From Dehalococcoidia bacterium (GTDB taxonomy: Bacteria > Chloroflexota > Dehalococcoidia > Lucifugimonadales > UBA3495), in NCBI GenBank assembly GCA_965261945.1, contig CBDHEF010000002.1, positions 591,327-655,326 of the forward strand: a stretch of DNA of 64,000 bases. Reading direction: 5' to 3'. Shown here one piece after another: positions 35,175 to 43,584 of the stretch. The notes beneath the pieces were generated by a model that saw only the letters and a list, made by a program, of their open reading frames with translations, was not told the origin of the DNA and made no database searches. How positions within the stretch are numbered: the stretch's first letter is position 1; every line of letters begins with the position of its first letter. The translations under genes and the position numbers were made by a program.

Positions 35175-36128
35175 ATGGAATTGCGAGAACTCATCAGCTT
35201 TTATCATGTGGCGCGCTTGCGCAGCGTTTCCAAGGCGGCCCGGACGCTGGAATTGGGCCAGCCTACCGTAACCACTCACCTGCGCAAGCTGGAGAGCGAA
35301 TTCGACATCACCCTATTTGACCGAATCAAGCGCCCCATCCAACTGACTTCCGAAGGCATCACCCTGCTGGAACTGGTCACCCCCGTGGTGACCTCTATCG
35401 AAATATTGAAGCAGCAGATGGACTATGCCGACAGACGCGGTTCGTTCATCGTCGGGGCCTATCCTGACCTGATTGCCCATCACTTGCCCAAGGGTATCCA
35501 AGCCTTTCGGAAGGAGTATCCCGACATCCGTATCCGCCTGTTGGCCCGGGCCTATGACCCCCTGATCCAGTTGGTACGCTCCGGCGAAATAGACATGGCC
35601 TTTTGCTCGCCTCCGCCGGGTGATGACCCTTCGCTGGAATTCCAGGAGCTGTTTGAATACAACGCCGTTTTGATGACCCCGCTGGGCCACCCGTTGATTG
35701 GCCGCAACAACATCACGTTGGAAGACGTGGTTGCCTCGCCCCTGATTCTGCCGGGGCAGGAGAGTATGTTGCGGCAGAAGGTGGACCAGGCGTTAAAGGC
35801 GCGGGGTCTGTCCGGGGACGTGGTGCTGTCGCTGGACAACATCGAGTCCATCAAGCGATACGTGGAGATAGGGATGGGCTTGGCTGTGGCCGTAGACTTT
35901 GCCATGCGTCCCGAAGACCACGACCATGTGGGGGTGGTGCCCCTGGATCACCTGTTCCCCGGTTCCGTGGTAGGCATCTGCACCCTCAAGGGAAAATTCG
36001 TGGGACAGGGAGTGCGCAACTTCACTCAGATGATGACCAAGTACATGAGCGGTTACCATGCGGAGTTGTGGGAGCCGCCGCCAACCATTGTCAGCCGTGC
36101 CACTCTGCCCATCATAGACGATGCCTAA
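35175..36128 (+). CDS. LysR-family transcriptional regulator
   Basis: N-terminal wHTH LISFYHVARLRSVSKAARTLELGQPTVTTHLRKLE and a LysR substrate-binding domain. Confidence 0.9.
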   Translation: MELRELISFYHVARLRSVSKAARTLELGQPTVTTHLRKLESEFDITLFDRIKRPIQLTSEGITLLELVTPVVTSIEILKQQMDYADRRGSFIVGAYPDLIAHHLPKGIQAFRKEYPDIRIRLLARAYDPLIQLVRSGEIDMAFCSPPPGDDPSLEFQELFEYNAVLMTPLGHPLIGRNNITLEDVVASPLILPGQESMLRQKVDQALKARGLSGDVVLSLDNIESIKRYVEIGMGLAVAVDFAMRPEDHDHVGVVPLDHLFPGSVVGICTLKGKFVGQGVRNFTQMMTKYMSGYHAELWEPPPTIVSRATLPIIDDA

Positions 36129-36319
36129 GCATCGGCTTCCGGGACGACCTCGCGTATGCGCCGCGCCAGTTGGGAACGGGGAATCATGACGTAGCGCCCG
36201 CACTTCCGGCAGACCAGGCCGATGTCGGCGCCAAGCCGCGTAACAGTCCAGAGGAACTCGCCGCATGGGTGAGCCTTCTTCAGCCTTACCGCGTCTCCGA
36301 TTCTCAGTTCTAAGGCCAA
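36125..36319 (-). CDS. DUF951 family protein
   Basis: IGDAVRLKKAHPCGEFLWTVTRLGADIGLVCRKCGRYVMIPR matches the DUF951 pattern (HPCG..W...R.GaDi...C..CgR.vm). Confidence 0.7.
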   Translation of the reverse strand: MALELRIGDAVRLKKAHPCGEFLWTVTRLGADIGLVCRKCGRYVMIPRSQLARRIREVVPEADA

Positions 36320-37146
36320 CCCTGTCCGTCCTTCTCGATCACTGCGTTGATGGCGTCGCGCAGGGTCCGGCAGGCTTGTCCCGCCGCTGCCGCAAAACCG
36401 GTTCCTCTTGAGGCGTAGATTATGCCTCGAGAGGAGTTGATAAGCGCCAGCCGCCCGTCGGCGTCAACCCCGGCGCGCACCGCAGCCTCCAAATCGCCGC
36501 CCTGCGCGCCCACGCCCGGTACCAGCAGCGGCATCCCCGGGCACAGCCTGCGGACCGTCGCCAACTGCTCCGGCACTGTGGCGCCCACAACCAGGCCGAC
36601 GTTGCCTCGCCTGTTCCAGTCCCGGCAGGCCAGCGCCATTCGCTCGTACACCGGAGTTGCTGTCCTGCCGTCTGTGGCGCGCAAATCCTGGAAGTCAGCC
36701 GAACCGGGGTTCGAGCCACGACACCATACGAATACGCCCCGCGATTCGTCCTCAAGGAACGGCTCCGCCGAATCGCTCCCTCCCCAGGCGTTGACCGTAA
36801 CGGCGTCAAAGCCCCAGACCTCGAACATCGCTCTGGCGTATGCTCTGGCTGAGGGGCCGATATCGCCCCGCTTGGCGTCCCCGATTATCAGCGCATCGGG
36901 CGCCGCCCTTCGGATATGGGTGACAGTCCGCTCCAACGCGGCCATGCCCTTCATGCCCAGCGCTTCGTAGAAGGCGAGATTCGGTTTGTAGGCGCAAGTG
37001 ACGCCGGCGGTAGCGTCAACGATGGCCCGGTTGAATTCGTACACGTCGGAGACCGGCATCAACGCCGGATCGGGGTCCAGCCCGACGCAGACCAGGCTCC
37101 GGGAGCTATCGCAGGCCCGCCGGACTTTTTCCACAAAAATGCTCAT
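36310..37146 (-). CDS. pyrF: Orotidine 5'-phosphate decarboxylase (type 2)
   Basis: LVCVGLDPD...DAKRGDIGPSARAYA...VPGVGAQGGD. Confidence 0.9.
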   Translation of the reverse strand: MSIFVEKVRRACDSSRSLVCVGLDPDPALMPVSDVYEFNRAIVDATAGVTCAYKPNLAFYEALGMKGMAALERTVTHIRRAAPDALIIGDAKRGDIGPSARAYARAMFEVWGFDAVTVNAWGGSDSAEPFLEDESRGVFVWCRGSNPGSADFQDLRATDGRTATPVYERMALACRDWNRRGNVGLVVGATVPEQLATVRRLCPGMPLLVPGVGAQGGDLEAAVRAGVDADGRLALINSSRGIIYASRGTGFAAAAGQACRTLRDAINAVIEKDGQGWP

Positions 37147-37225
37147 TGCTTCGCCAAATCCATTTGCCCTGCTATGGCTCCATTGTTACCATTACCGCTG
37201 GCGGAAGCAAGCGGGCCAGGATGGA

Positions 37226-37957
37226 GTGTCGGTGTATTTGGGCAACGACCTGGTCGAGGCCAGGTTCCTGCGAAGGGTCAATCGCTTCCTGGCCGTAGTG
37301 GAAATTGACGGTCTCGAGACGGAAGTTCACGTCGCCAACTCCGGGCGGCTGCGCGAGCTCTTCCTGTCCGGTGCGCCGGTGTGGCTCAAACCCGCCCAGC
37401 GAGAGGGACGCAAGACGGCCTACGACCTGGCGCTGGTCGAGGCCGACGGTGTTCTGGTTTCCGCTGACGCCCGACTCCCCAACGCGCTGGTTGCCGAGGC
37501 TGTTGCGGAGGGGCTAATGGAAGGAATTGAGAAGCCGTCGGCCATCATCCGCGAATCCACCTTCGGCGAGAGCCGGTTCGACCTGATGCTGGAGGATGGG
37601 CGCGGAAGGAGATACGTGGAAGTGAAGTCCGTAACGCTGGTGGAACAGGGCGTGGGGCTGTTTCCAGACTCTCCCACCCTTCGCGGGGCCAAGCACCTGA
37701 ATACTCTGGCCGAAGCCGTCGAAGCCGGGCACAGAGCCGCTGTGGCATTCGTGGTTCAGCGCCCCGACGCCGACGCCTTCGCCGCCAACGAGCCGGCGGA
37801 TCCGGCGCTGGCGGAGTCTCTCCGCCGCGCCGTCGCCTGCGGGGTGGAGGCTTTCGCCTATAACTGCCGCGTGTCCCGGGAGGAGGTTCGGCTTAACCGG
37901 CGACTGCCAATCATCTCGTTTGGCTCCATAGGCGGTATACAGGAGCCGGCGCCTTGA
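37226..37957 (+). CDS. sfsA: Sugar fermentation stimulation protein SfsA (nuclease-fold DNA-binding protein)
   Basis: ARFLRRVNRFLAVVEIDG.E...HV.NSGRL.EL...SRFD....D...RYVEVKSVTL. The start is taken at GTG 37226 (GTG 37232 and TTG 37238 are also possible). The ORF-track 5' extension overlaps pyrF. Confidence 0.85.
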   Translation: MSVYLGNDLVEARFLRRVNRFLAVVEIDGLETEVHVANSGRLRELFLSGAPVWLKPAQREGRKTAYDLALVEADGVLVSADARLPNALVAEAVAEGLMEGIEKPSAIIRESTFGESRFDLMLEDGRGRRYVEVKSVTLVEQGVGLFPDSPTLRGAKHLNTLAEAVEAGHRAAVAFVVQRPDADAFAANEPADPALAESLRRAVACGVEAFAYNCRVSREEVRLNRRLPIISFGSIGGIQEPAP

Positions 37958-38661
37958 CCCACCCGCTCGTTGCCCCTCTGTCGGGCCTCCTGATGGAGGT
38001 GTACCGGCGCCTCTACGCCGTATACGGGCCGCAGGGCTGGTGGCCGGGTAACAGCCCGTTCGAGGTCATCGTGGGGGCCATCCTCACCCAGTCAACCGCC
38101 TGGAGCAACGTAGAGAAGGCGCTGGACTCCATGCGAGGGGCCGGATGCTGGTCATTCGAGGCGGTTGCTGCGCTGCCTGAGCCGGAACTGGCCGCCATCA
38201 TACGCTCATCGGGCTACTACAACGCCAAGGCCTGCAAGCTGCAAGCCTTCGCTTACCACGTAATCGAGGGATATGGCGGCGAGTTGGATGGAATGTTCGA
38301 GCAGGGCGTACAGGCGCTGCGAACCGAGCTGCTGTCCATCCACGGCATCGGCGAGGAAACGGCAGACGACGTAATCGTCTACGCCGCCGGGAAGCCGTCC
38401 TTCGTTATCGACAGCTACACCCGCCGCATCGTGGACCGCATGGGGCTGGCGCCGCCGGGACGGAATCCGGGGTACGGCAGTTACCAGGCCCTGTTCCAAG
38501 AAAACCTGCCCGCAGAGACTCCCCTGTTCAACGAGTTTCACGCCCTGCTGGACCACCATGCTAAAGTCACCTGCGTCAAGCGTGAGCCGAAGTGTGTTGG
38601 CTGTTGCCTTGCCGACATTTGTCCGACGGGCGTAGAAACTTCGCAGTCCGGGCAAAATTGA
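37954..38661 (+). CDS. Endonuclease III-related HhH-GPD protein with Fe-S cluster loop
   Basis: HhH LLSIHGIGEETADDVIVYA and the cluster motif C-x6-C-x2-C-x5-C (CVKREPKCVGCCLADIC). Confidence 0.8.
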   Translation: MTHPLVAPLSGLLMEVYRRLYAVYGPQGWWPGNSPFEVIVGAILTQSTAWSNVEKALDSMRGAGCWSFEAVAALPEPELAAIIRSSGYYNAKACKLQAFAYHVIEGYGGELDGMFEQGVQALRTELLSIHGIGEETADDVIVYAAGKPSFVIDSYTRRIVDRMGLAPPGRNPGYGSYQALFQENLPAETPLFNEFHALLDHHAKVTCVKREPKCVGCCLADICPTGVETSQSGQN

Positions 38662-38735
38662 CGCTGGCCCGGCGTGGACTTATGATTCCCGCGTCCGGAC
38701 AGACGCAGACACACTACAACGCGGACGGAGGAGCT

Positions 38736-39086
38736 ATGCAGGTAGTCAGGATCTACACGGGCGACGATGGAGAATCCCATTTTGAGGAGCTGGACCTGCC
38801 CTTCGAGGCGGTGGCCAACGCCGAGCGGACGGCAGCGCAGAATGCGAGCGGCATCAGCTTCAGCCGCACCCAGCCGGGCAACTTCGTCGACTGGCACCCG
38901 GCCCCGCGAAGGCAGTACGTAATCACGCTGGAGGGGCAGGCGGAGATCGGGCTGGGCGACGGCGCCAAGCGCATCTTCAACCCTGGGGACGTGCTTCTGG
39001 CCGATGACCTGACCGGGCGCGGACACACCACCGCCGTCCACGGCGACAAGCAGCGCGTCTCGGTAGCCATTCCGATCATAGACTAG
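38736..39086 (+). CDS. Cupin-domain protein
   Basis: GGAGGAG RBS before ATG 38736. The beta-barrel pattern WHPAPRRQYVITLEGQAEIGLGDG..RIFNPGDVLLADD..GRGH is present. Confidence 0.7.
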   Translation: MQVVRIYTGDDGESHFEELDLPFEAVANAERTAAQNASGISFSRTQPGNFVDWHPAPRRQYVITLEGQAEIGLGDGAKRIFNPGDVLLADDLTGRGHTTAVHGDKQRVSVAIPIID

Positions 39087-39134
39087 CGGACTGCCATAAG
39101 CGCCTCGGGAACCATTGATTACAGGAGACCGGCC

Positions 39135-39935
39135 ATGCCCTTCGCCCGCATAGACGACACGCTGGAAATGTACTACGAGGACGACGATTTCACCGATCCG
39201 TGGCGCCGTGCGGAAACGGTGGTGCTGCACCACGGCAACGCCAAGAACGCGCGACTGTGGTACGCCTGGGTGCCGCTGCTGGCCCGGCAGTATCGCGTGG
39301 TGCGCCTGGAAGCGCGGGGCTTCGGGCGTTCCACCGTGCCTCCCGAAGGTTACGACTGGTCGCTTGGCAACTTCGCCGCCGACCTGCGGGGGCTGCTGGA
39401 CCACCTGGACCTGGAACGGGTGCACCTCATCGGTGAGACCGTCGGAGGCACCATATCGCTGCAATTCGCCTCGGAGTACCCGGAGCGGCTGCTGTCGGTA
39501 ACCACCTGCACCTCGCCCTACAAGTTCGTGGGCAACCCCACCTATCTCGACTCCTACAACCTGGTGCGGGACGAAGGGGTGGAGGCTTGGGTGAGGCACA
39601 CTTCGGAGCGGAGGCTGGAACCGGGAGATTCCCACGCGGCGCACCAGGAATGGTACATCAACCAGATGGCTCATACCGAAGGGCGGGTGGTGATGGAAAC
39701 CCTGGCCTACCTGGCCCATCGGGACCTGACCGACGTGCTGCCCAGGATTCAGACGCCCGCGCTGGTGCTGGCCTCGGAGCAGAACTCCCGCGACAACCCC
39801 GACCGCACCACTGGAATGGCGGCCCTGTTGCCCAATGGCCGCCTGCGGGTGATTCCGGGCGCCAGCGGGTACGTGCAACACTCGGCGCCGGAACGCTGCG
39901 TGCAGGCGTGGCGGGAGTTCGTGGGGTCTTTGTAG
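39135..39935 (+). CDS. Alpha/beta hydrolase fold protein with Thr at the nucleophile elbow
   Basis: VVLHHGNAKN (oxyanion region), elbow G-E-T-V-G-G in place of G-x-S-x-G, and a C-terminal GYVQHSAPE His. Confidence 0.8.
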   Translation: MPFARIDDTLEMYYEDDDFTDPWRRAETVVLHHGNAKNARLWYAWVPLLARQYRVVRLEARGFGRSTVPPEGYDWSLGNFAADLRGLLDHLDLERVHLIGETVGGTISLQFASEYPERLLSVTTCTSPYKFVGNPTYLDSYNLVRDEGVEAWVRHTSERRLEPGDSHAAHQEWYINQMAHTEGRVVMETLAYLAHRDLTDVLPRIQTPALVLASEQNSRDNPDRTTGMAALLPNGRLRVIPGASGYVQHSAPERCVQAWREFVGSL

Positions 39936-40014
39936 CTGTGCTTCTCCTGCCCAATGGGCGAAGTTCAGTGGGTGAAGGGCGTTTCTCCTCTTGAACGCAT
40001 CGCTGCTGGAAGGG

Positions 40015-40050
40015 GCGCCCTCACCCTGAGCCTCCCCCGGAAGGAGAGGG
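40015..40050 (-). repeat. REP-like intergenic repeat (reverse orientation)
   Basis: GCGCCCTCACCCTGAGCCTCCCCCGGAAGGAGAGGG is the reverse complement of the CCCTCTCC..GGGGGAGG..CAGGGTGAGGGCGC form. Confidence 0.6.
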
Positions 40051-40066
40051 AACGCGGGGTTTCCAG

Positions 40067-40846
40067 CTAAAACAGCGAGCGGGACTGGCCGCCGTCTATG
40101 TTGAGGCAGGCGCCGGTTATCAGGTCGGCGCGGTCCGAGGCGAGGAAGGCCACCGTCTCGCCGATGGGTTCGGGCCAGCCGAATTTGCCGGCGGGCAGGT
40201 TGCGGACGATAAATTCGTCCACCACCTCCGGCGTGTTGTTCTGCTGGAAGCGGTCCCAAGTGCTGCCGGGAAAGTCGATGGAGCCGGGCGCGATGCAGTT
40301 GACAAGCACGTTTTCCTTGACCAAGTTCAGTGCAAGGTGCTTGGAGAAGGCGATGAGGCCCGCCTTGCCGGTCATGTAGTCCACCGAACCGCCGTACTCC
40401 CGTCCGTAGATGGACGAGATGCTGATGATGCGGCCCCACTTCTGCCCCCTCATGTGAGGTAGAACCAATGCCACCAACTCCACCGCGCTGAACAGGTTAA
40501 CCTCCAGCCCCTCGCGGAACAGTTCCATGCCGGTTTCTTGGAAGTCGACGGTGCCGCGTCGCCCACCCACGTTGTTGACCAGAATGTCCACCTCGCCCAG
40601 AGCAGACACCGTTTCGTTGTGGAATCTCGCTAGGTCGTCCTGCTTGGTAACGTCGGCCTGCACCGCTATGACGTTAATCCCCGCCTCTGCAAGTTCGGCC
40701 CTGGTCTCCTCCAGTTGTTCCGCGCCCCGGGCGCAGATGCCGACCCTGCATCCCTCGCGCCCCAGCGCCGCGGCCGCCTGCTTGCCCAGGCCGTGGCTGC
40801 CTCCGGTAATCATCGCTACTCTGCCTTGCAGCCCAAGATCCATCAC
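40067..40846 (-). CDS. SDR-family oxidoreductase
   Basis: VAMITGGSHGLG...NNVG...SS..G.......Y...KAG are the classical SDR motifs. Confidence 0.9.
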   Translation of the reverse strand: MMDLGLQGRVAMITGGSHGLGKQAAAALGREGCRVGICARGAEQLEETRAELAEAGINVIAVQADVTKQDDLARFHNETVSALGEVDILVNNVGGRRGTVDFQETGMELFREGLEVNLFSAVELVALVLPHMRGQKWGRIISISSIYGREYGGSVDYMTGKAGLIAFSKHLALNLVKENVLVNCIAPGSIDFPGSTWDRFQQNNTPEVVDEFIVRNLPAGKFGWPEPIGETVAFLASDRADLITGACLNIDGGQSRSLF

Positions 40847-41012
40847 TATCTCCTTTGCCGGTGAATTCGTCTGCCGGGATTATAGTGCGGCCTTACCTGT
40901 CTTGCACGAAGTTGCCCCAAGATTCGACTTCCCAAAGAAATCAGGGTCAGGCTCCAATGGAATTGCGTCTATAATCATCCACGTCGCACACCCGAATGTA
41001 GGAGGAAACCCA

Positions 41013-42221
41013 ATGCTGGCCCTGGAAGGCATAAAGGCGCTGGACTTCTGTCGCAACGCCCCTGGAATGTTTGCCACGATGATTCTGGCCGACCTCGGGG
41101 CCGACGTGCTGATGGTGGAGCGGCCCATGGACGAGACCCGCGCGGCCTACGAGCGCATCGTGGCGGGCATTGAAACCCCGGAGGACGAGCGACGCCACGC
41201 CTCCTTCAACGCCCTCCAACGCAACAAGCGCAGCATCGCCCTGAACCTCAAGGAGCCGGAGGCCCTCGACGTCTTCCGCCAGCTTGCCGCCGACACCGAC
41301 GTGGTGGTGGAGGGTTTCCGGCCCGGCGTGGTTGACCGCCTGGGAGTCGGCTACGAGCAGGTGAAAGACATCAACCCCCGCGCCGTCTACTGCTCGGTTT
41401 CCGGCTATGGGCAGACCGGCCCATACTCTCAGATGGCCGGACACGACATAAACTATATTTCATTCGCTGGAGCGCTGGGGCTTATCGGCGATACGCCCGA
41501 CGGCAAGCCCGCAATCCCCCTGAACCTCATCGCCGACTACGCCGGCGGCGGGCTCTGCGGCGCGGTGGGCATCCTCGCCGCCCTGATGGCCCGCGAGAGC
41601 ACCGGCCGGGGCCAATATGTGGACATAGCCATGACTGAGGGCGTCCTGTATATGCTCTGCGGCATGATAGCCGACGCCTTCTCCCAAGGCTTCAAGGCGA
41701 CCCGCGGCGCCAACCGTCTCAACGGTGGCTCGCCTTTCTATAACGTCTACCGGACTGCCGACGGCAAGTACTTCTCCATCGCCGCCATAGAGCCGTGGTT
41801 CTGGGAAAATCTGTGCTGCGCCATCGGACGCGAAGACCTCATACCCCACCAAAGCGCCGGGGGCGAAAAGCGGGCGGAAATCGCCCGCACCCTCGAAGCA
41901 ACCTTCCTCACCAAGACCCGCGACGAGTGGTTCGAGACTCTGAAGGACGCTAATATATCCGTCGGAAAGGTCAACGACCTCGACGAGGCCCTCGCAGACC
42001 CCCAGGCCCTCGCCCGCGGTATGGTCGCCGAACTGGAGGCCCCAGGCGTGGACGGCGGAAGGGTGAAGCAGCCCGGTATCCCATTCCACCTGTCGGAGAC
42101 GCCCGGCGAGGTTCGGCGCCCCGGTTGTGTTACGGGCCAGCACACCGCAGAGGTCCTCGCCTCCCTCGGCTACGCCCCCGCCCAGGTCTCGGAGCTGCGC
42201 GCGCGGGGCGTGGCGGTGTAG
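41013..42221 (+). CDS. CaiB/BaiF family III CoA-transferase (alpha-methylacyl-CoA racemase-like)
   Basis: GGAGGA RBS. LEGIKALDFCRNAPGMFATMILADLGADVLMVERP...GHDINY...F. The ORF-track 5' extension (40527-41012) is antisense to the SDR gene. Confidence 0.9.
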   Translation: MLALEGIKALDFCRNAPGMFATMILADLGADVLMVERPMDETRAAYERIVAGIETPEDERRHASFNALQRNKRSIALNLKEPEALDVFRQLAADTDVVVEGFRPGVVDRLGVGYEQVKDINPRAVYCSVSGYGQTGPYSQMAGHDINYISFAGALGLIGDTPDGKPAIPLNLIADYAGGGLCGAVGILAALMARESTGRGQYVDIAMTEGVLYMLCGMIADAFSQGFKATRGANRLNGGSPFYNVYRTADGKYFSIAAIEPWFWENLCCAIGREDLIPHQSAGGEKRAEIARTLEATFLTKTRDEWFETLKDANISVGKVNDLDEALADPQALARGMVAELEAPGVDGGRVKQPGIPFHLSETPGEVRRPGCVTGQHTAEVLASLGYAPAQVSELRARGVAV

Positions 42222-42351
42222 GACGCAGGCGCCAAAGACTACAGCTCCGGCCCGGGAAATTGCATCCGGTAGTCCGTGCTATACTTTGTGGGGGTCGGCG
42301 GGAATTTGAGCGCCGGGACCCCTTATATCCCAAATTATTCGAGACAGGCAG

Positions 42352-43497
42352 ATGATCAAACGTTTCTCGGTTTTGTATGTCGGTCAGATTGACCTTGACG
42401 ATGTGGGGGCCAACGGGCGCAACCCGGACGGACGCCGGTATTCCAACGAACAGTTGGTGCAGCCCCTCGACCACGCCATGGCTCTGGCCAAACAGATGGA
42501 TGAATCAGGCTACTATTGCCTCTGGGCCGCCGAGCACCACTTCCAGCGGGAAGGATACGAGTGCATCCCCAACCTGACCCTGCTGGGAGTCCACCTTGCC
42601 GCCCACACCAAGAACCTGAAGTTCGGCGCGGCGTTCAACATCGTTCCGATGTGGCACCCGCTGCGGCTGGCCGAGGACTTCGCCATGGGCGACGTGCTGA
42701 CCGGCGGGCGGCTGGTCTTCGGCATCGGGCGCGGCTACCAGACCCGCGAAGTGGAGACCTTCGGCGCCCCTCTGTTGGACCAAGCGGCCAACCGCGAGTT
42801 GTTCGAGGAGCAGGTGGACATCATCCTCAAGGCGTTCAACGAGGAATCCTTCAGCCACCACGGAAAGCACTACCAGATTCCTCCAGACGTGCCCTATCGC
42901 GGCTACCAGTTGAAGGACATCACCCTGGTGCCCCGGCCACTGAACCTCCCGGTGGAGGTCTGGCAGCCGGTTACCAGTGGCCGTACCATAGACTTCATAG
43001 CCAGGAAGGGCATCAAAGGTATGACCGCCCTGACCGGCGAAAAAATAGTGGAGCAGTTCTTCGGCGCCTACCAGCAGGCAGCCGGAGAGGCTGGACGCGA
43101 GCTGAAGCTGGGGCAGGATATGGCTCTGGGCTTCGGCTTCTACATCGCCGACACCGTTGAGGAAGCCGTTGAGCGTGTCCGACCCTTCCACGATGAGCGC
43201 TATAAGTGGTTCGCTCCCTTCGGCCTGGTGCGTTACGTGGACGAGGAGGGACGTATGTGGGGTTCCCCCGGAGCCCCGGCCCGGACGCCGACGGTGGAGG
43301 ACGGGGTGCAACAGAAGGCCTGGATCTGCGGCCCGCCCGAAGTGTTTATCGAAACACTTCGGAATTTGGAGGAGAAGTACCCCGGCCTCGAGGACATCGT
43401 TTTGCAGTGGCCGGAAGGGATGCCGTGGAGCGAATTGAGCAATCAGTTGGATATCTTCTCCCGTGAAGTTCTGCCCGCCTTCGCCGGGCGAGGGTGA
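42352..43497 (+). CDS. LLM-class flavin-dependent oxidoreductase (paralog 3)
   Basis: YYCLWAAEHHF...FNIVPMWHPLRLAEDFAMGDVLTGGRLVFGIGRGY. Confidence 0.85.
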   Translation: MIKRFSVLYVGQIDLDDVGANGRNPDGRRYSNEQLVQPLDHAMALAKQMDESGYYCLWAAEHHFQREGYECIPNLTLLGVHLAAHTKNLKFGAAFNIVPMWHPLRLAEDFAMGDVLTGGRLVFGIGRGYQTREVETFGAPLLDQAANRELFEEQVDIILKAFNEESFSHHGKHYQIPPDVPYRGYQLKDITLVPRPLNLPVEVWQPVTSGRTIDFIARKGIKGMTALTGEKIVEQFFGAYQQAAGEAGRELKLGQDMALGFGFYIADTVEEAVERVRPFHDERYKWFAPFGLVRYVDEEGRMWGSPGAPARTPTVEDGVQQKAWICGPPEVFIETLRNLEEKYPGLEDIVLQWPEGMPWSELSNQLDIFSREVLPAFAGRG

Positions 43498-43528
43498 GGG
43501 TGATGCAAGGTTACCTATCCCCTGCCAG

Positions 43529-43557
43529 AGTCCTCTCTCCCGGTGAGAGAGAGGACT
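43529..43557 (+). terminator. 11-bp perfect hairpin downstream of the LLM gene (REP-family variant / terminator-like)
   Basis: AGTCCTCTCTC (43529-43539) / GAGAGAGGACT (43547-43557). It is preceded by GAGGGTGAGGGTG (43491-43503). There is no U-tract. Confidence 0.45.
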
Positions 43558-43584
43558 GTTCATCCGGCATCTGAGGTGTAGCAG

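Noticed and set aside
38538-40439. 633-aa minus-strand ORF, the longest unannotated ORF in the track
   Set aside because: It is antisense to three well-supported plus-strand genes (endonuclease III-like, cupin, alpha/beta hydrolase) and overlaps the 3' end of the minus-strand SDR gene (40067-40846) in another frame. Its translation is Arg/Pro/Gly/His-rich low-complexity sequence with no recognisable motif. This is a typical shadow ORF in high-GC DNA.
40527-41012. 162-codon N-terminal extension of the CoA-transferase ORF
   Set aside because: The extension is antisense to the SDR gene. Homology-type sequence starts at ATG 41013, which has a GGAGGA RBS.
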